Virus record (IMG/VR): IMGVR_UViG_3300033120_001005
Span: 10,322 to 74,321 of that record
Direction: 5' to 3' (one strand)
Length of the DNA stretch: 64,000 bases
Origin: a virus
Taxonomy: Duplodnaviria > Caudoviricetes
Shown here: piece after piece, positions 46,657 to 55,008 of the stretch
Layout: each line of letters starts with the position of its first letter
Numbering within the stretch: the first letter of the stretch is position 1
Notes under the pieces: model-generated
Database searches by the model: none
What the model saw: only the letters and a program-made list of their open reading frames with translations
Told to the model about the DNA's origin: nothing
Position numbers and translations under genes: made by a program

Positions 46657-47535
46657 ATGAAAAAAATAAAATCAGAGTTTACAAAAGACTGGATTATTGA
46701 TAATTCAATTAACATTTGTTCTGAATATGAACATGGTGTTTTGACTTTAAGAGGACTTCACTATCAATTAGTTTCTATTGGAATGACAAATGATTTAGCA
46801 CACTACAAAAAAGTAGTTAATGCAATGATTGAGGCCCGATGGAATGAACAAATAGATTTTGAACAATTTTCAGACCTTGACAGAGGTATGATTGGCGAAA
46901 CAGCTTATCAAACAACTCATCTTTATGAAGAAATTCAATTAGGAAAACTACAAGTAACAGCTTGGATGAATAATTATAGCAAAAATAAATGGGAAAATCA
47001 ACCTAATTATGTTGAAGTATTTATTGAAAAAAAAGCTTTACAAGGTGTTTTTCAGTCTACTTGTAACGATTGGGATGTTGCCCTTGGTGCGTGCAAAGGT
47101 TATCCTTCACTTACATTTTTACATGAATCCGTTCAACGTTATAAAAAAGTTATTGAAACTGGTAAAAAAGTTACAATTCTTTATTTTGGTGACTATGATG
47201 CAAGTGGTGAAGATATTCCACGTTCTATTCAAGAAAACTTTATTAAATTTGGTGTTGATGTAAACATTAAAGTTATTGCTTTAAATGAACAACAAGTTAT
47301 TGAATGGAATTTGCCACCAGCCCCAACAAAAGAAACAGATTCAAGAGCTGCAAATTGGAACGGTTTAGGTCAAGTTGAGTTAGATGCAGTTAAGCCACAA
47401 CAAATTATTAAACTTTGTAATAATGCAATTCAAGATATGTTTGATGATGAATTGCATGAAGAATTACTTTTACTTCAAAAAGAAGAAAAAGAAACATACA
47501 AAGCTGAACTTAAAACCTATGTAAACAATTTGTAG
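46657..47535 (+). CDS. Spo11/TopoVI-A/JetD-like wHTH-TOPRIM protein
   Basis: LTLRGLHYQL, VEVFIEKKAL, KGYPS, ILYFGDYDASG.DI, ELDA. Confidence 0.7.
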   Translation: MKKIKSEFTKDWIIDNSINICSEYEHGVLTLRGLHYQLVSIGMTNDLAHYKKVVNAMIEARWNEQIDFEQFSDLDRGMIGETAYQTTHLYEEIQLGKLQVTAWMNNYSKNKWENQPNYVEVFIEKKALQGVFQSTCNDWDVALGACKGYPSLTFLHESVQRYKKVIETGKKVTILYFGDYDASGEDIPRSIQENFIKFGVDVNIKVIALNEQQVIEWNLPPAPTKETDSRAANWNGLGQVELDAVKPQQIIKLCNNAIQDMFDDELHEELLLLQKEEKETYKAELKTYVNNL

Positions 47536-47584
47536 TACAATTATCAGAATAACACATCAGAATAAACAAATAAACACAAAAATT

Positions 47585-48178
47585 ATGCAAGAACAAATTA
47601 AAGAGTTAAGAGTTAAAATTGATGGATTAAGTCAATTAGTAAAAGAATTAAAACCAAATAGAAAAACTATTGTAGGATATGCCCATGAATACCCACATAA
47701 AATAGCAGATCATGTAATGTTTGAGAAGATTAACTCAAAAGAAATAGAGAAAGTTTTTGATTCTCTTATTTATGCAAAAGCATGGTTGGGTAAATTATTA
47801 GGAGAATTAGGGGAACAAACACCTTATGCAAATGATGGAAAAAGAAACAATGTTGACGATATTGAACCAGCTGCTGATACACATCATCAAATTAATCAAA
47901 CTCATGTTTTAGGTAAAGAAAAAGGATTAATCCCAGAAGAATATTTACTTTCATTTAACCACATTCAAAAAGTAGATTGGTTAAGACAAGAAATTGAAAA
48001 AATAGTAATTGAAGTAAAACAAATAGGAAATGCACCTAATCCTCCAATGTTAAATAGAGAAATTAGTATAGCAAGAACAAATGCTTACAATCATTTAACA
48101 GAAGCACGTTTTGCTTTGGGCTTTGAATTATATCGTATTAAACAATTAGATATTGCCGAAACAACTAAACCATTTTAG
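47585..48178 (+). CDS. phage hypothetical protein
   Basis: AKAWLGKLLGELG..TPY.NDG.R..V.DIEP.AD pattern. Confidence 0.6.
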   Translation: MQEQIKELRVKIDGLSQLVKELKPNRKTIVGYAHEYPHKIADHVMFEKINSKEIEKVFDSLIYAKAWLGKLLGELGEQTPYANDGKRNNVDDIEPAADTHHQINQTHVLGKEKGLIPEEYLLSFNHIQKVDWLRQEIEKIVIEVKQIGNAPNPPMLNREISIARTNAYNHLTEARFALGFELYRIKQLDIAETTKPF

Positions 48179-48254
48179 ATCCAATAAGTGATGTTGGAAT
48201 TTAAAAATTAAATCAGAACAATTATCAGAACAAAAAATCATACAAATTAAAAAT

Positions 48255-49040
48255 ATGAAATATTTAACAGGAGATGATACCACTAAATTAAAAGGCTGGA
48301 TTTCATTTTACCCAACATTTAGTAACGGCCTTTATTTAGAAAAAGCAGCATACTTTGATGAACGTCCTACAATTGTAGGAACTATAACTTCTATTTTAAG
48401 TTTAATAGGACTATTAATACTGCCATTTTATTCATTATGGTGGTTATTTTTAGTTGTTTTTTTATTTGTTGGTTGGGGACGTGTATTTATTCATTTGCCA
48501 ATTAAAACGGGAATTCAAGATTGCGACAGTGCTGCATGGGGTTTTAATTACCATGGTAATAAAATATGGCTTTATATTGGTGGTAGTGGTAATTATGAAG
48601 GCGGCAGAAAATGGAAAACATTTACTATGCCTTGGGATCCAACATGGATAAGAAGATCAACTTTAATTAAAGGTAATCCTAATTATTGGCATCATGAAAC
48701 AAAAAAAAATCCAAAAGAATGGAATGGTGTTAATGTAGGAAGTTACGAATGGTTAAAAATTTATAAATATAAAGAAACGCATCCTTATATTGATTCTTAT
48801 GACGGCACAACTGTTAATGCAACACTATCAATGGTTGAAACGGAATGGCGCCCTTTATGGTTTCAATGGACCTCATTATTTGCTAAAAAAAGTACTTTTA
48901 TTGATATAGAATTTGATCAAGAAGTTGGAAAACAAAAAGGTGAATGGAAAGGTGGTTGCATTGGTTGTAATTATGAAATAAAAACTGGCGAAACAATGTT
49001 GCAATGTTTAAAACGAATGGAAAAAGAACGTAAGTTTTAG
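48255..49040 (+). CDS. membrane-anchored hypothetical protein
   Basis: Two TM helices near the N-terminus; KGEWKGGCIGC C-terminal motif. Confidence 0.6.
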   Translation: MKYLTGDDTTKLKGWISFYPTFSNGLYLEKAAYFDERPTIVGTITSILSLIGLLILPFYSLWWLFLVVFLFVGWGRVFIHLPIKTGIQDCDSAAWGFNYHGNKIWLYIGGSGNYEGGRKWKTFTMPWDPTWIRRSTLIKGNPNYWHHETKKNPKEWNGVNVGSYEWLKIYKYKETHPYIDSYDGTTVNATLSMVETEWRPLWFQWTSLFAKKSTFIDIEFDQEVGKQKGEWKGGCIGCNYEIKTGETMLQCLKRMEKERKF

Positions 49041-49044
49041 CATT

Positions 49045-49083
49045 AAAAAAGCCCAATCAATTAATTTTGATTGGGCTTTTTTT
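49045..49083. terminator. bidirectional intrinsic terminator
   Basis: Perfect 10-bp GCCCAATCAA/TTGATTGGGC stem with A and T runs, at the convergence of the two blocks. Confidence 0.85.
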
Positions 49084-49477
49084 ATTTCAAAAAAGTAGTT
49101 GTTAGTACATAAATTATTAATGGAGGTATTAGCCATTTCAATATTGTAACTTGTTTAGTTAAAGTTACTACTTTTTTTCGTTCCTGAGCTAACAAAAACG
49201 ATGAATCGGCTAATTGTATCTTATTATCAATAATAATTGAACTGTCAGTTGATATTCTGTTTTTAAGGATTAGATTACCCTTATACAATGTATCAATCAT
49301 TTTTTGTTTTTGTTCAACCATTTGAAAAGCTCTTACTCCTTTTCTTAATTCATCTGTTTTAATCAAATGAAAAGTATCTTTTCCAATAACTTGTATCTTT
49401 AATGTATCGCTTCCAAAGCAACACAACGCTATCATTTGACATAGTAACAATAGCTTCATCTTTAAGTTTAGTTTCAT
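49082..49477 (-). CDS. spanin-like partner (o-spanin position)
   Basis: Signal-like N-terminus with Cys, coiled coil, C-terminal TM; overlaps the upstream TM coiled-coil gene. Confidence 0.4.
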   Translation of the reverse strand: MKLNLKMKLLLLCQMIALCCFGSDTLKIQVIGKDTFHLIKTDELRKGVRAFQMVEQKQKMIDTLYKGNLILKNRISTDSSIIIDNKIQLADSSFLLAQERKKVVTLTKQVTILKWLIPPLIIYVLTTTFLK

Positions 49478-49718
49478 GTTTTATTTGAATTAATTGGTTT
49501 TCGTTTTCTTTTTGTTCTATAATTAAAGAGTCTTTTTTCTTTTGTAACTCAGGTTTAGGTTTAATTGATTCATAAACACTTAATCGTTCATTAGCTAAAT
49601 CCAAATCTTCTTTTAGTTCAAATAGGTTAAAAGATAAATAAAGACAAAGTGAACTGCTAAAACAAATTAAGAACACTAGGATTATTGTTGTCAAGGTTGT
49701 TTTTGATTCGTAACTCAT
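49359..49718 (-). CDS. i-spanin-like protein
   Basis: N-terminal TM plus coiled coil, in the lysis cluster. Confidence 0.45.
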   Translation of the reverse strand: MSYESKTTLTTIILVFLICFSSSLCLYLSFNLFELKEDLDLANERLSVYESIKPKPELQKKKDSLIIEQKENENQLIQIKHETKLKDEAIVTMSNDSVVLLWKRYIKDTSYWKRYFSFD

Positions 49719-49902
49719 TTTCTAATGATTGTTTTTTAGGTTTAGGTTTAATATCAATATCGTTAAGTGTTAATCTTTTTTTTGGTACTTTAGGTTCCTC
49801 AACAACTGGCGGTGCCACAATTACTGGAGCATATTTTGCTTCTATAATTTTGCAAAGTTCTCTTCTTTGAATACTTACACTATCTTCAGGAAACACTAAC
49901 AT
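49657..49902 (-). CDS. hypothetical protein
   Basis: 81 aa between amidase and spanin-like genes. Confidence 0.45.
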   Translation of the reverse strand: MLVFPEDSVSIQRRELCKIIEAKYAPVIVAPPVVEEPKVPKKRLTLNDIDIKPKPKKQSLENELRIKNNLDNNNPSVLNLF

Positions 49903-49908
49903 ATTATT

Positions 49909-50454
49909 TTATTTTATTAATCCTTCTGCTTCAATTAACAATAATGCAATTTCTTTAGCTACTTTATTGATATTAATAACGTAAGAATTCATATCATTTG
50001 AATTTGAAATAAAACAAACTTCAATTAATATGTTAATTCCTTTTTCACGCATAATACCAAGTGTTCCATGTTGACTATCACCTTCGGTTTTTACACCACG
50101 ATTTTTTATTTTCAGCACGCTTGACAATATTACAGTCAATTTACGTGCAATTTCTTGTTCTTGAATTGTAAAACGTGTAGGAATTAAAACTTCTATACCA
50201 GTAGCAGATGCAGTTCCTGCATTAAAATGTAAATCACAAACAACATCTGTTTCATTACTATTTATTTTTTGCAGCACTGTTACTAAATTATCACTATCTG
50301 AATCACTTTGAACAACAACATTTAATGCTTTACATTCAGCAATAATTAAATCACGTAATTGAGCTGTTAAATTAGCTTCTTTAAATCCATTTCCTATTGC
50401 TCCTGGATCTGGTTTTAATCCTTTTGGGTTGTGGCCTGCACTTAAATAAATCAT
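49909..50454 (-). CDS. endolysin, N-acetylmuramoyl-L-alanine amidase (Amidase_3)
   Basis: IYLSAGH, KEA, DLHFNA, ATGIEV, ILIEVCFISN. Confidence 0.9.
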   Translation of the reverse strand: MIYLSAGHNPKGLKPDPGAIGNGFKEANLTAQLRDLIIAECKALNVVVQSDSDSDNLVTVLQKINSNETDVVCDLHFNAGTASATGIEVLIPTRFTIQEQEIARKLTVILSSVLKIKNRGVKTEGDSQHGTLGIMREKGINILIEVCFISNSNDMNSYVININKVAKEIALLLIEAEGLIK

Positions 50455-50460
50455 AGTTTG

Positions 50461-50829
50461 TTATTTTTTGATAAATTGTTTAAATAAAGATTTTCCTGTT
50501 ATATCCCTAAAATTTTCGTCTAGGCTTTTTACTTCAATAAAAGCAATAAGCCCTGAAACTATTTTTAACACTTCAATGTCTTTTAAAAAATTTTGTTGAA
50601 AAACATGCGCTACTAAAATAGCTATCATATAGCCAATACCTTTGGTTATGGTAGGCCGCATTTTTTTACTGGAAATTTCTTCTCCTCGTTTTTTTGCAGC
50701 CATTATTCCGGTTACAAAATCGGCTACTAAAAAAAAGCCAATTGCCAACATCATAGGATAAGCTGGGCTAAAATAACTTATCATATATGCCAATACCGGC
50801 AGTGCGTATTTATGTAATAATTCTTTCAT
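50461..50829 (-). CDS. holin
   Basis: DFVTGI.AA....ISSKKM..TI.K; multiple TM helices; beside the amidase. Confidence 0.8.
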   Translation of the reverse strand: MKELLHKYALPVLAYMISYFSPAYPMMLAIGFFLVADFVTGIMAAKKRGEEISSKKMRPTITKGIGYMIAILVAHVFQQNFLKDIEVLKIVSGLIAFIEVKSLDENFRDITGKSLFKQFIKK

Positions 50830-51116
50830 TATGCAAATTGGTGTTTTGGTTCTGATGGGTAATGTTGGTTAATTCCTTCAGGTATTGTTAAATCTTTATT
50901 GGTTAAAATATCAAAATGCAAACCATCTAACCAGCTTATTACTTCACCAGTTTCAATATTTATTTGATTTGGTATTTGACCATTTTCGTTTATAAAAACA
51001 AAACAGTCAGTTTGATTAACCATACTACTATTTCCTTTGAATTCGAAATTGAAATTTGCCAATAAAAAAGCTTCTATTTGCTCAACAGATTGAGCTGAGA
51101 GTTTATATTCTTTCAT
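50829..51116 (-). CDS. small partner/chaperone of the spike protein
   Basis: 95 aa directly downstream of the LamG protein; C-terminal P..P.H.FA. Confidence 0.5.
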   Translation of the reverse strand: MKEYKLSAQSVEQIEAFLLANFNFEFKGNSSMVNQTDCFVFINENGQIPNQINIETGEVISWLDGLHFDILTNKDLTIPEGINQHYPSEPKHQFA

Positions 51117-52486
51117 TAGGTAGTTATATTAATGCATTCTGAATTAGGGAGAGCAGTCATGTACGCAGAACAAGAATCAATGTATATTTGGTTCAAATTA
51201 TTGCTGATTTCGGCTGAACCTATGTACAAATTATTTCTAGGCTGTGCAAAAACCAAAGCAGCTGAAGAACTTAAAACAAGAACCCCATTCAAATAAATTC
51301 TTATATCTCCATTTGCATAAGCAATAGCTATTTTGTTCAAACCATTAACTTGCAAAGCTGTTGAATTGGCGATGTAAATCACTCCGCTAGTATTTCTAAT
51401 AAAACAAGTAATTGTATTATTTGTATTATAAGCTAGCCAAATTCTATCATTTAGCGTATCATCAGTACTTACCACTATTCGCCCAGTACTCAAGCCAAAT
51501 GCATAGGGTCTATAATTAACGAGAATTGTTCCTGCATCTTGGCCAATAAATGACGTGGCGTTACTGTTAAATACTGCATCACCTACACGAGTAACTGTTG
51601 ATGCTGTTGTAGGGATGTAAGAAGTTGCAAATGCGCCTAATTCAATCTGAGCACCCCATATTATTATTCCTTTCGAATTATCGCCAGTATAACTAGCTGA
51701 TGAATTGGAGTCGCGGACAACCATCCAGAAAAAAGAATTACCTGCCGAAACAGTCACCGTTACAGAACAGCGATACCAACCATTTCCTACCGCTGCAATA
51801 ACAGGGTTTACAGAGCTTGTATTTGTTCCTCCAATTGTACCATTTATTAAATTAAATATTACATCACCGCCAGCAATTCCACCGCCTTGACCTAAACTTA
51901 AATATCCGTATTCAGCAGCTTTTGCAAAAACAGAAACTGTATATGTTGCAGCAGCCACAGAAACAAATTGACCTACTCTATGTTGATTAGTACTATTATC
52001 CGCTATTAATTTATCTGCTGTGGTTGTATTATTGGGAGCGTCTGCAACATTTGAGGCTGTTAAACAAAATTGATTTAATCCAATCCAATTGGGCAAATCC
52101 TCAGACCTGACAAACAAATTTGTTCTTACTGGATCAATTAAAAGGGTTGGCACACCATTAATCCAATGAATACGGCCAATATTAGAAGCCATTTGCTCCA
52201 ATACATTACTTGCATTGTTTCGGTAAACTAACGAAGCTCTTGAAAATACTAAATCGCCACTGCCATTAGTGGGTTTTAAAGCATATAGTTTACTTGGTTT
52301 CCAACTTGAAGGCACATAAACAAAACTTGCATCATTGATATTTGCTAAGTTTTGATTTAGTAAATTAGCTTCACCTTCAAATGTGCCACCATCGGCAAAA
52401 ACACGAGCGCGAAATGCGTTTACCAATGCCTTTAAAGCACTTGTAACAACATTTTTTATTCCATATCCGTATCCATATCCTGGCAT
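51116..52486 (-). CDS. head spike/fibre protein with carbohydrate-binding and LamG-like domains
   Basis: KPSKLYALKP.NGSGD..FSR, LLIDPVRTN, GNGWYRCS, WGAQIE.GAFATSYIPT, KIAIAY. Confidence 0.75.
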   Translation of the reverse strand: MPGYGYGYGIKNVVTSALKALVNAFRARVFADGGTFEGEANLLNQNLANINDASFVYVPSSWKPSKLYALKPTNGSGDLVFSRASLVYRNNASNVLEQMASNIGRIHWINGVPTLLIDPVRTNLFVRSEDLPNWIGLNQFCLTASNVADAPNNTTTADKLIADNSTNQHRVGQFVSVAAATYTVSVFAKAAEYGYLSLGQGGGIAGGDVIFNLINGTIGGTNTSSVNPVIAAVGNGWYRCSVTVTVSAGNSFFWMVVRDSNSSASYTGDNSKGIIIWGAQIELGAFATSYIPTTASTVTRVGDAVFNSNATSFIGQDAGTILVNYRPYAFGLSTGRIVVSTDDTLNDRIWLAYNTNNTITCFIRNTSGVIYIANSTALQVNGLNKIAIAYANGDIRIYLNGVLVLSSSAALVFAQPRNNLYIGSAEISNNLNQIYIDSCSAYMTALPNSECINITT

Positions 52487-52490
52487 ATTA

Positions 52491-52862
52491 TTAATTGATT
52501 ACCCAGATTGCTCCGGTGTTTACTACAATTTTTTTAATTTTTTTATCCATGTTGGCTTTAATTATTCTACCTTCTTTTAAAACGGTAGCAGAAATAAAAT
52601 TACCTAAATAACTATTACCTAACATGTTTTTATCTTCTGAATCTGTTAATTCAGTAAATGTTGTGTCAGCATCAGCGATTAAATAAGAACCATTACAATC
52701 AGCAATTGTGTCACCTGCTTTATAATATTTTGGTGCATTATCGCCTCCAAAAAAAGCACTATTTGCATCTACTTTTACTCTTAAATAAGCAAAATTTTGA
52801 ACAGTAGCTATTATTCTTCCAAATAAACTTGCGCTTTGTTCTGTGTTAAAATGTTTAAACAT
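52491..52862 (-). CDS. hypothetical virion-associated protein
   Basis: 123 aa in the late block. Confidence 0.5.
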   Translation of the reverse strand: MFKHFNTEQSASLFGRIIATVQNFAYLRVKVDANSAFFGGDNAPKYYKAGDTIADCNGSYLIADADTTFTELTDSEDKNMLGNSYLGNFISATVLKEGRIIKANMDKKIKKIVVNTGAIWVIN

Positions 52863-52882
52863 TGTATTTTATAATTTAATTG

Positions 52883-53974
52883 TTAAAAACTTCTCCAAGC
52901 ATTAAATGTTAAACCGCTATTATCACTAGCACGCATATAATGTGTAAGGCCCTTTTCTTTTATTTCTTGTAAAATAGATGTTTCAAAAACTATTACATCT
53001 ATAAAAGCCCAACTTCCTTCTGATACTCCAGATGGTTTATTTGCTAAACTATTAACATTTGCTACATAATATCTACCTTCACTCAATATTGTATTTAAAT
53101 CTGTTCCTGTTTCTATAGTTGTTTTTTTAGAACCAAAACCATCTTTACCACGAATATCATCTGTTATTGATGTTTCGCTATTTGTTAATGTAAATGTTAT
53201 TTTACCAGTTGTATTTTCATAGCTAATAGTTTCTATTCCAACACCGGGTTCTCCAATTCCTGTAGGTCCTTTTATGTTTGTTGCTAATGAAGCAGAAGTA
53301 AAACCACTTTCTCCTAAATAACATTCTTCAGGTATTGATGGTTTTGCTCCTTCTCCACCAGTATAATCGTATAATTTTAAAACAATTTTATCATCTACAG
53401 TTTCAGTTGCTAAAATAGGAGACCAACCATCAAAACCTTCCATAGTAGGAACTGTAAATGTTCTTTCTGTTGTATCAGATAAAATTATTTTTATTAGTGT
53501 TGGTTCTGTTTGTTGAATGTCACTTATACCAACCCCTACACCACCTCTTAAATCATCCGTTAAAAAAGTTTCAGAATTACTATACGTAATTGTTATTTTT
53601 CCATTTGATGAATTGTATGAAGTGTTAGTTATACCATTTCCTGTTAAACCTTGTATTCCACGAATATTTAAAGCACTTCCAATAGCAACTAAACCACTTG
53701 CTCCAATATAAGCATTTGCTGGTATTGAGGGTTTTGTTCCTTCACCGCCAACATAATCAACAACTTTAAAATAAGCATTATTTCCTGATGTTTCAATTGC
53801 AAAAATTGGAGACCAACCTTTTGTTCCCGCAATTCCTTCTTTAGCAATTTCAATTCTTAAAACTGAAGAAGCACCAAACATATTAGAAACTATTTGCCTT
53901 AAAACCCTACCATCACCCGGATAACTTGTTCCTATTTCTGGTTGTGTAAAATTTGGAGCCGTAACTATTCCCAT
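52883..53974 (-). CDS. tail fibre-like protein with internal repeats and knob domain
   Basis: Duplicated GWSPI..DY.GGEG.KPSIP and GI...SY....GKIT modules; TDLNTILSEGRYY knob-type motif. Confidence 0.55.
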   Translation of the reverse strand: MGIVTAPNFTQPEIGTSYPGDGRVLRQIVSNMFGASSVLRIEIAKEGIAGTKGWSPIFAIETSGNNAYFKVVDYVGGEGTKPSIPANAYIGASGLVAIGSALNIRGIQGLTGNGITNTSYNSSNGKITITYSNSETFLTDDLRGGVGVGISDIQQTEPTLIKIILSDTTERTFTVPTMEGFDGWSPILATETVDDKIVLKLYDYTGGEGAKPSIPEECYLGESGFTSASLATNIKGPTGIGEPGVGIETISYENTTGKITFTLTNSETSITDDIRGKDGFGSKKTTIETGTDLNTILSEGRYYVANVNSLANKPSGVSEGSWAFIDVIVFETSILQEIKEKGLTHYMRASDNSGLTFNAWRSF

Positions 53975-54211
53975 TTATTGATTGTAATTATATTGGTTAC
54001 TAAAATCACATATTTGGCTAATTTGTTCATTATCCATATATGCTAAACAATTGTCAAATATAAATTTTAAGTTAAACATATTGTTTAATTCAAAAAATTC
54101 TTTTTCCATTTTATAGCCTTTTCTAATTCCTGCTATATGTTTTTTTGACATTTCACCCGCAGAAATATTTAAATTGAAATAAGCTAAGTTTACCTGTGAC
54201 TGTAATTTCAT
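53975..54211 (-). CDS. hypothetical protein
   Basis: 78 aa, tiled. Confidence 0.45.
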   Translation of the reverse strand: MKLQSQVNLAYFNLNISAGEMSKKHIAGIRKGYKMEKEFFELNNMFNLKFIFDNCLAYMDNEQISQICDFSNQYNYNQ

Positions 54212-54993
54212 TACATTATTTTTAAAATTTGATCTAAAATAGCCCTACAATCAGTAAAAGAATTTACAGCTTCAGTATAATCATCTACAATAACAAGTGC
54301 TTTAGTTCTATCATATGCTGTTCTAAAAGCATTGATTAAATCTAACATTTGATTGTAAATTCCTGTGTTTTTTGTTTGATTTAATTTAATTAAACAATTA
54401 GCAAAATCTTTAAGCAAATCAGCTGAAAGCATAAAAATACCAGCCGTTTCATATCCATTTACACCTTCTTTAATTTCTACAAATTCACCGGGACTTGCAA
54501 AAGTTCCAGATGCAGTAGTTTCTATTATTGAATTATCAGGAATAGTTAAATCAACACTATTAAATGTTGCAACGGCACCTTTTATTATGTAGTATTTTTT
54601 GTTTGCAGCAAGTGTTGTTCCAGCTGTATAAGAACCTACACCATAAACAAACTCATAGATACCATCAATAAATTTATTAATTTGTGTCGAACCTAACGGT
54701 TTGGTTAATACAAAACCTTGTGAATATGTTACAGGATTTGTCATTTCTAAAAAATCATTGTTTACATATAATTTTTCGTTTACTGGTAAATCAGGTGACG
54801 TATGATTGCTTTTTTGTATTCTATATCTAAATGAACCCCCAGTTGAATGTTTTATACCAATAAAATGAGCATATACAGACCCTTTTCCACTTGATGGAAA
54901 AGCGTCTATATAATCTGCATTATCTGAAATATCTTTAACTAAAAGATTAATTCCATTTGGTTGAGCAATGTCTATAAATAGTTGTAATGGCAT
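54211..54993 (-). CDS. hypothetical virion protein
   Basis: About 260 aa; ATG 54993. Confidence 0.5.
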   Translation of the reverse strand: MPLQLFIDIAQPNGINLLVKDISDNADYIDAFPSSGKGSVYAHFIGIKHSTGGSFRYRIQKSNHTSPDLPVNEKLYVNNDFLEMTNPVTYSQGFVLTKPLGSTQINKFIDGIYEFVYGVGSYTAGTTLAANKKYYIIKGAVATFNSVDLTIPDNSIIETTASGTFASPGEFVEIKEGVNGYETAGIFMLSADLLKDFANCLIKLNQTKNTGIYNQMLDLINAFRTAYDRTKALVIVDDYTEAVNSFTDCRAILDQILKIM

Positions 54994-55008
54994 ATTCAAA
55001 AATAATAA

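Larger units (their letters stand above)
16311..48230 (+). promoter_or_regulatory. recurrent intergenic motif (AGTA-N4-5-T)ATCAGAA
   Basis: Exact ATCAGAA at 16320, 17836, 17874, 18541, 19845, 20301, 20315, 22773, 27968, 33802, 46064, 47543, 47556, 48212, 48224, all intergenic on the plus strand. Confidence 0.7.

Noticed and set aside
51116-53974. Diversity-generating retroelement targeting the fibres
   Set aside because: No reverse transcriptase and no TR/VR pair differing at adenines was seen
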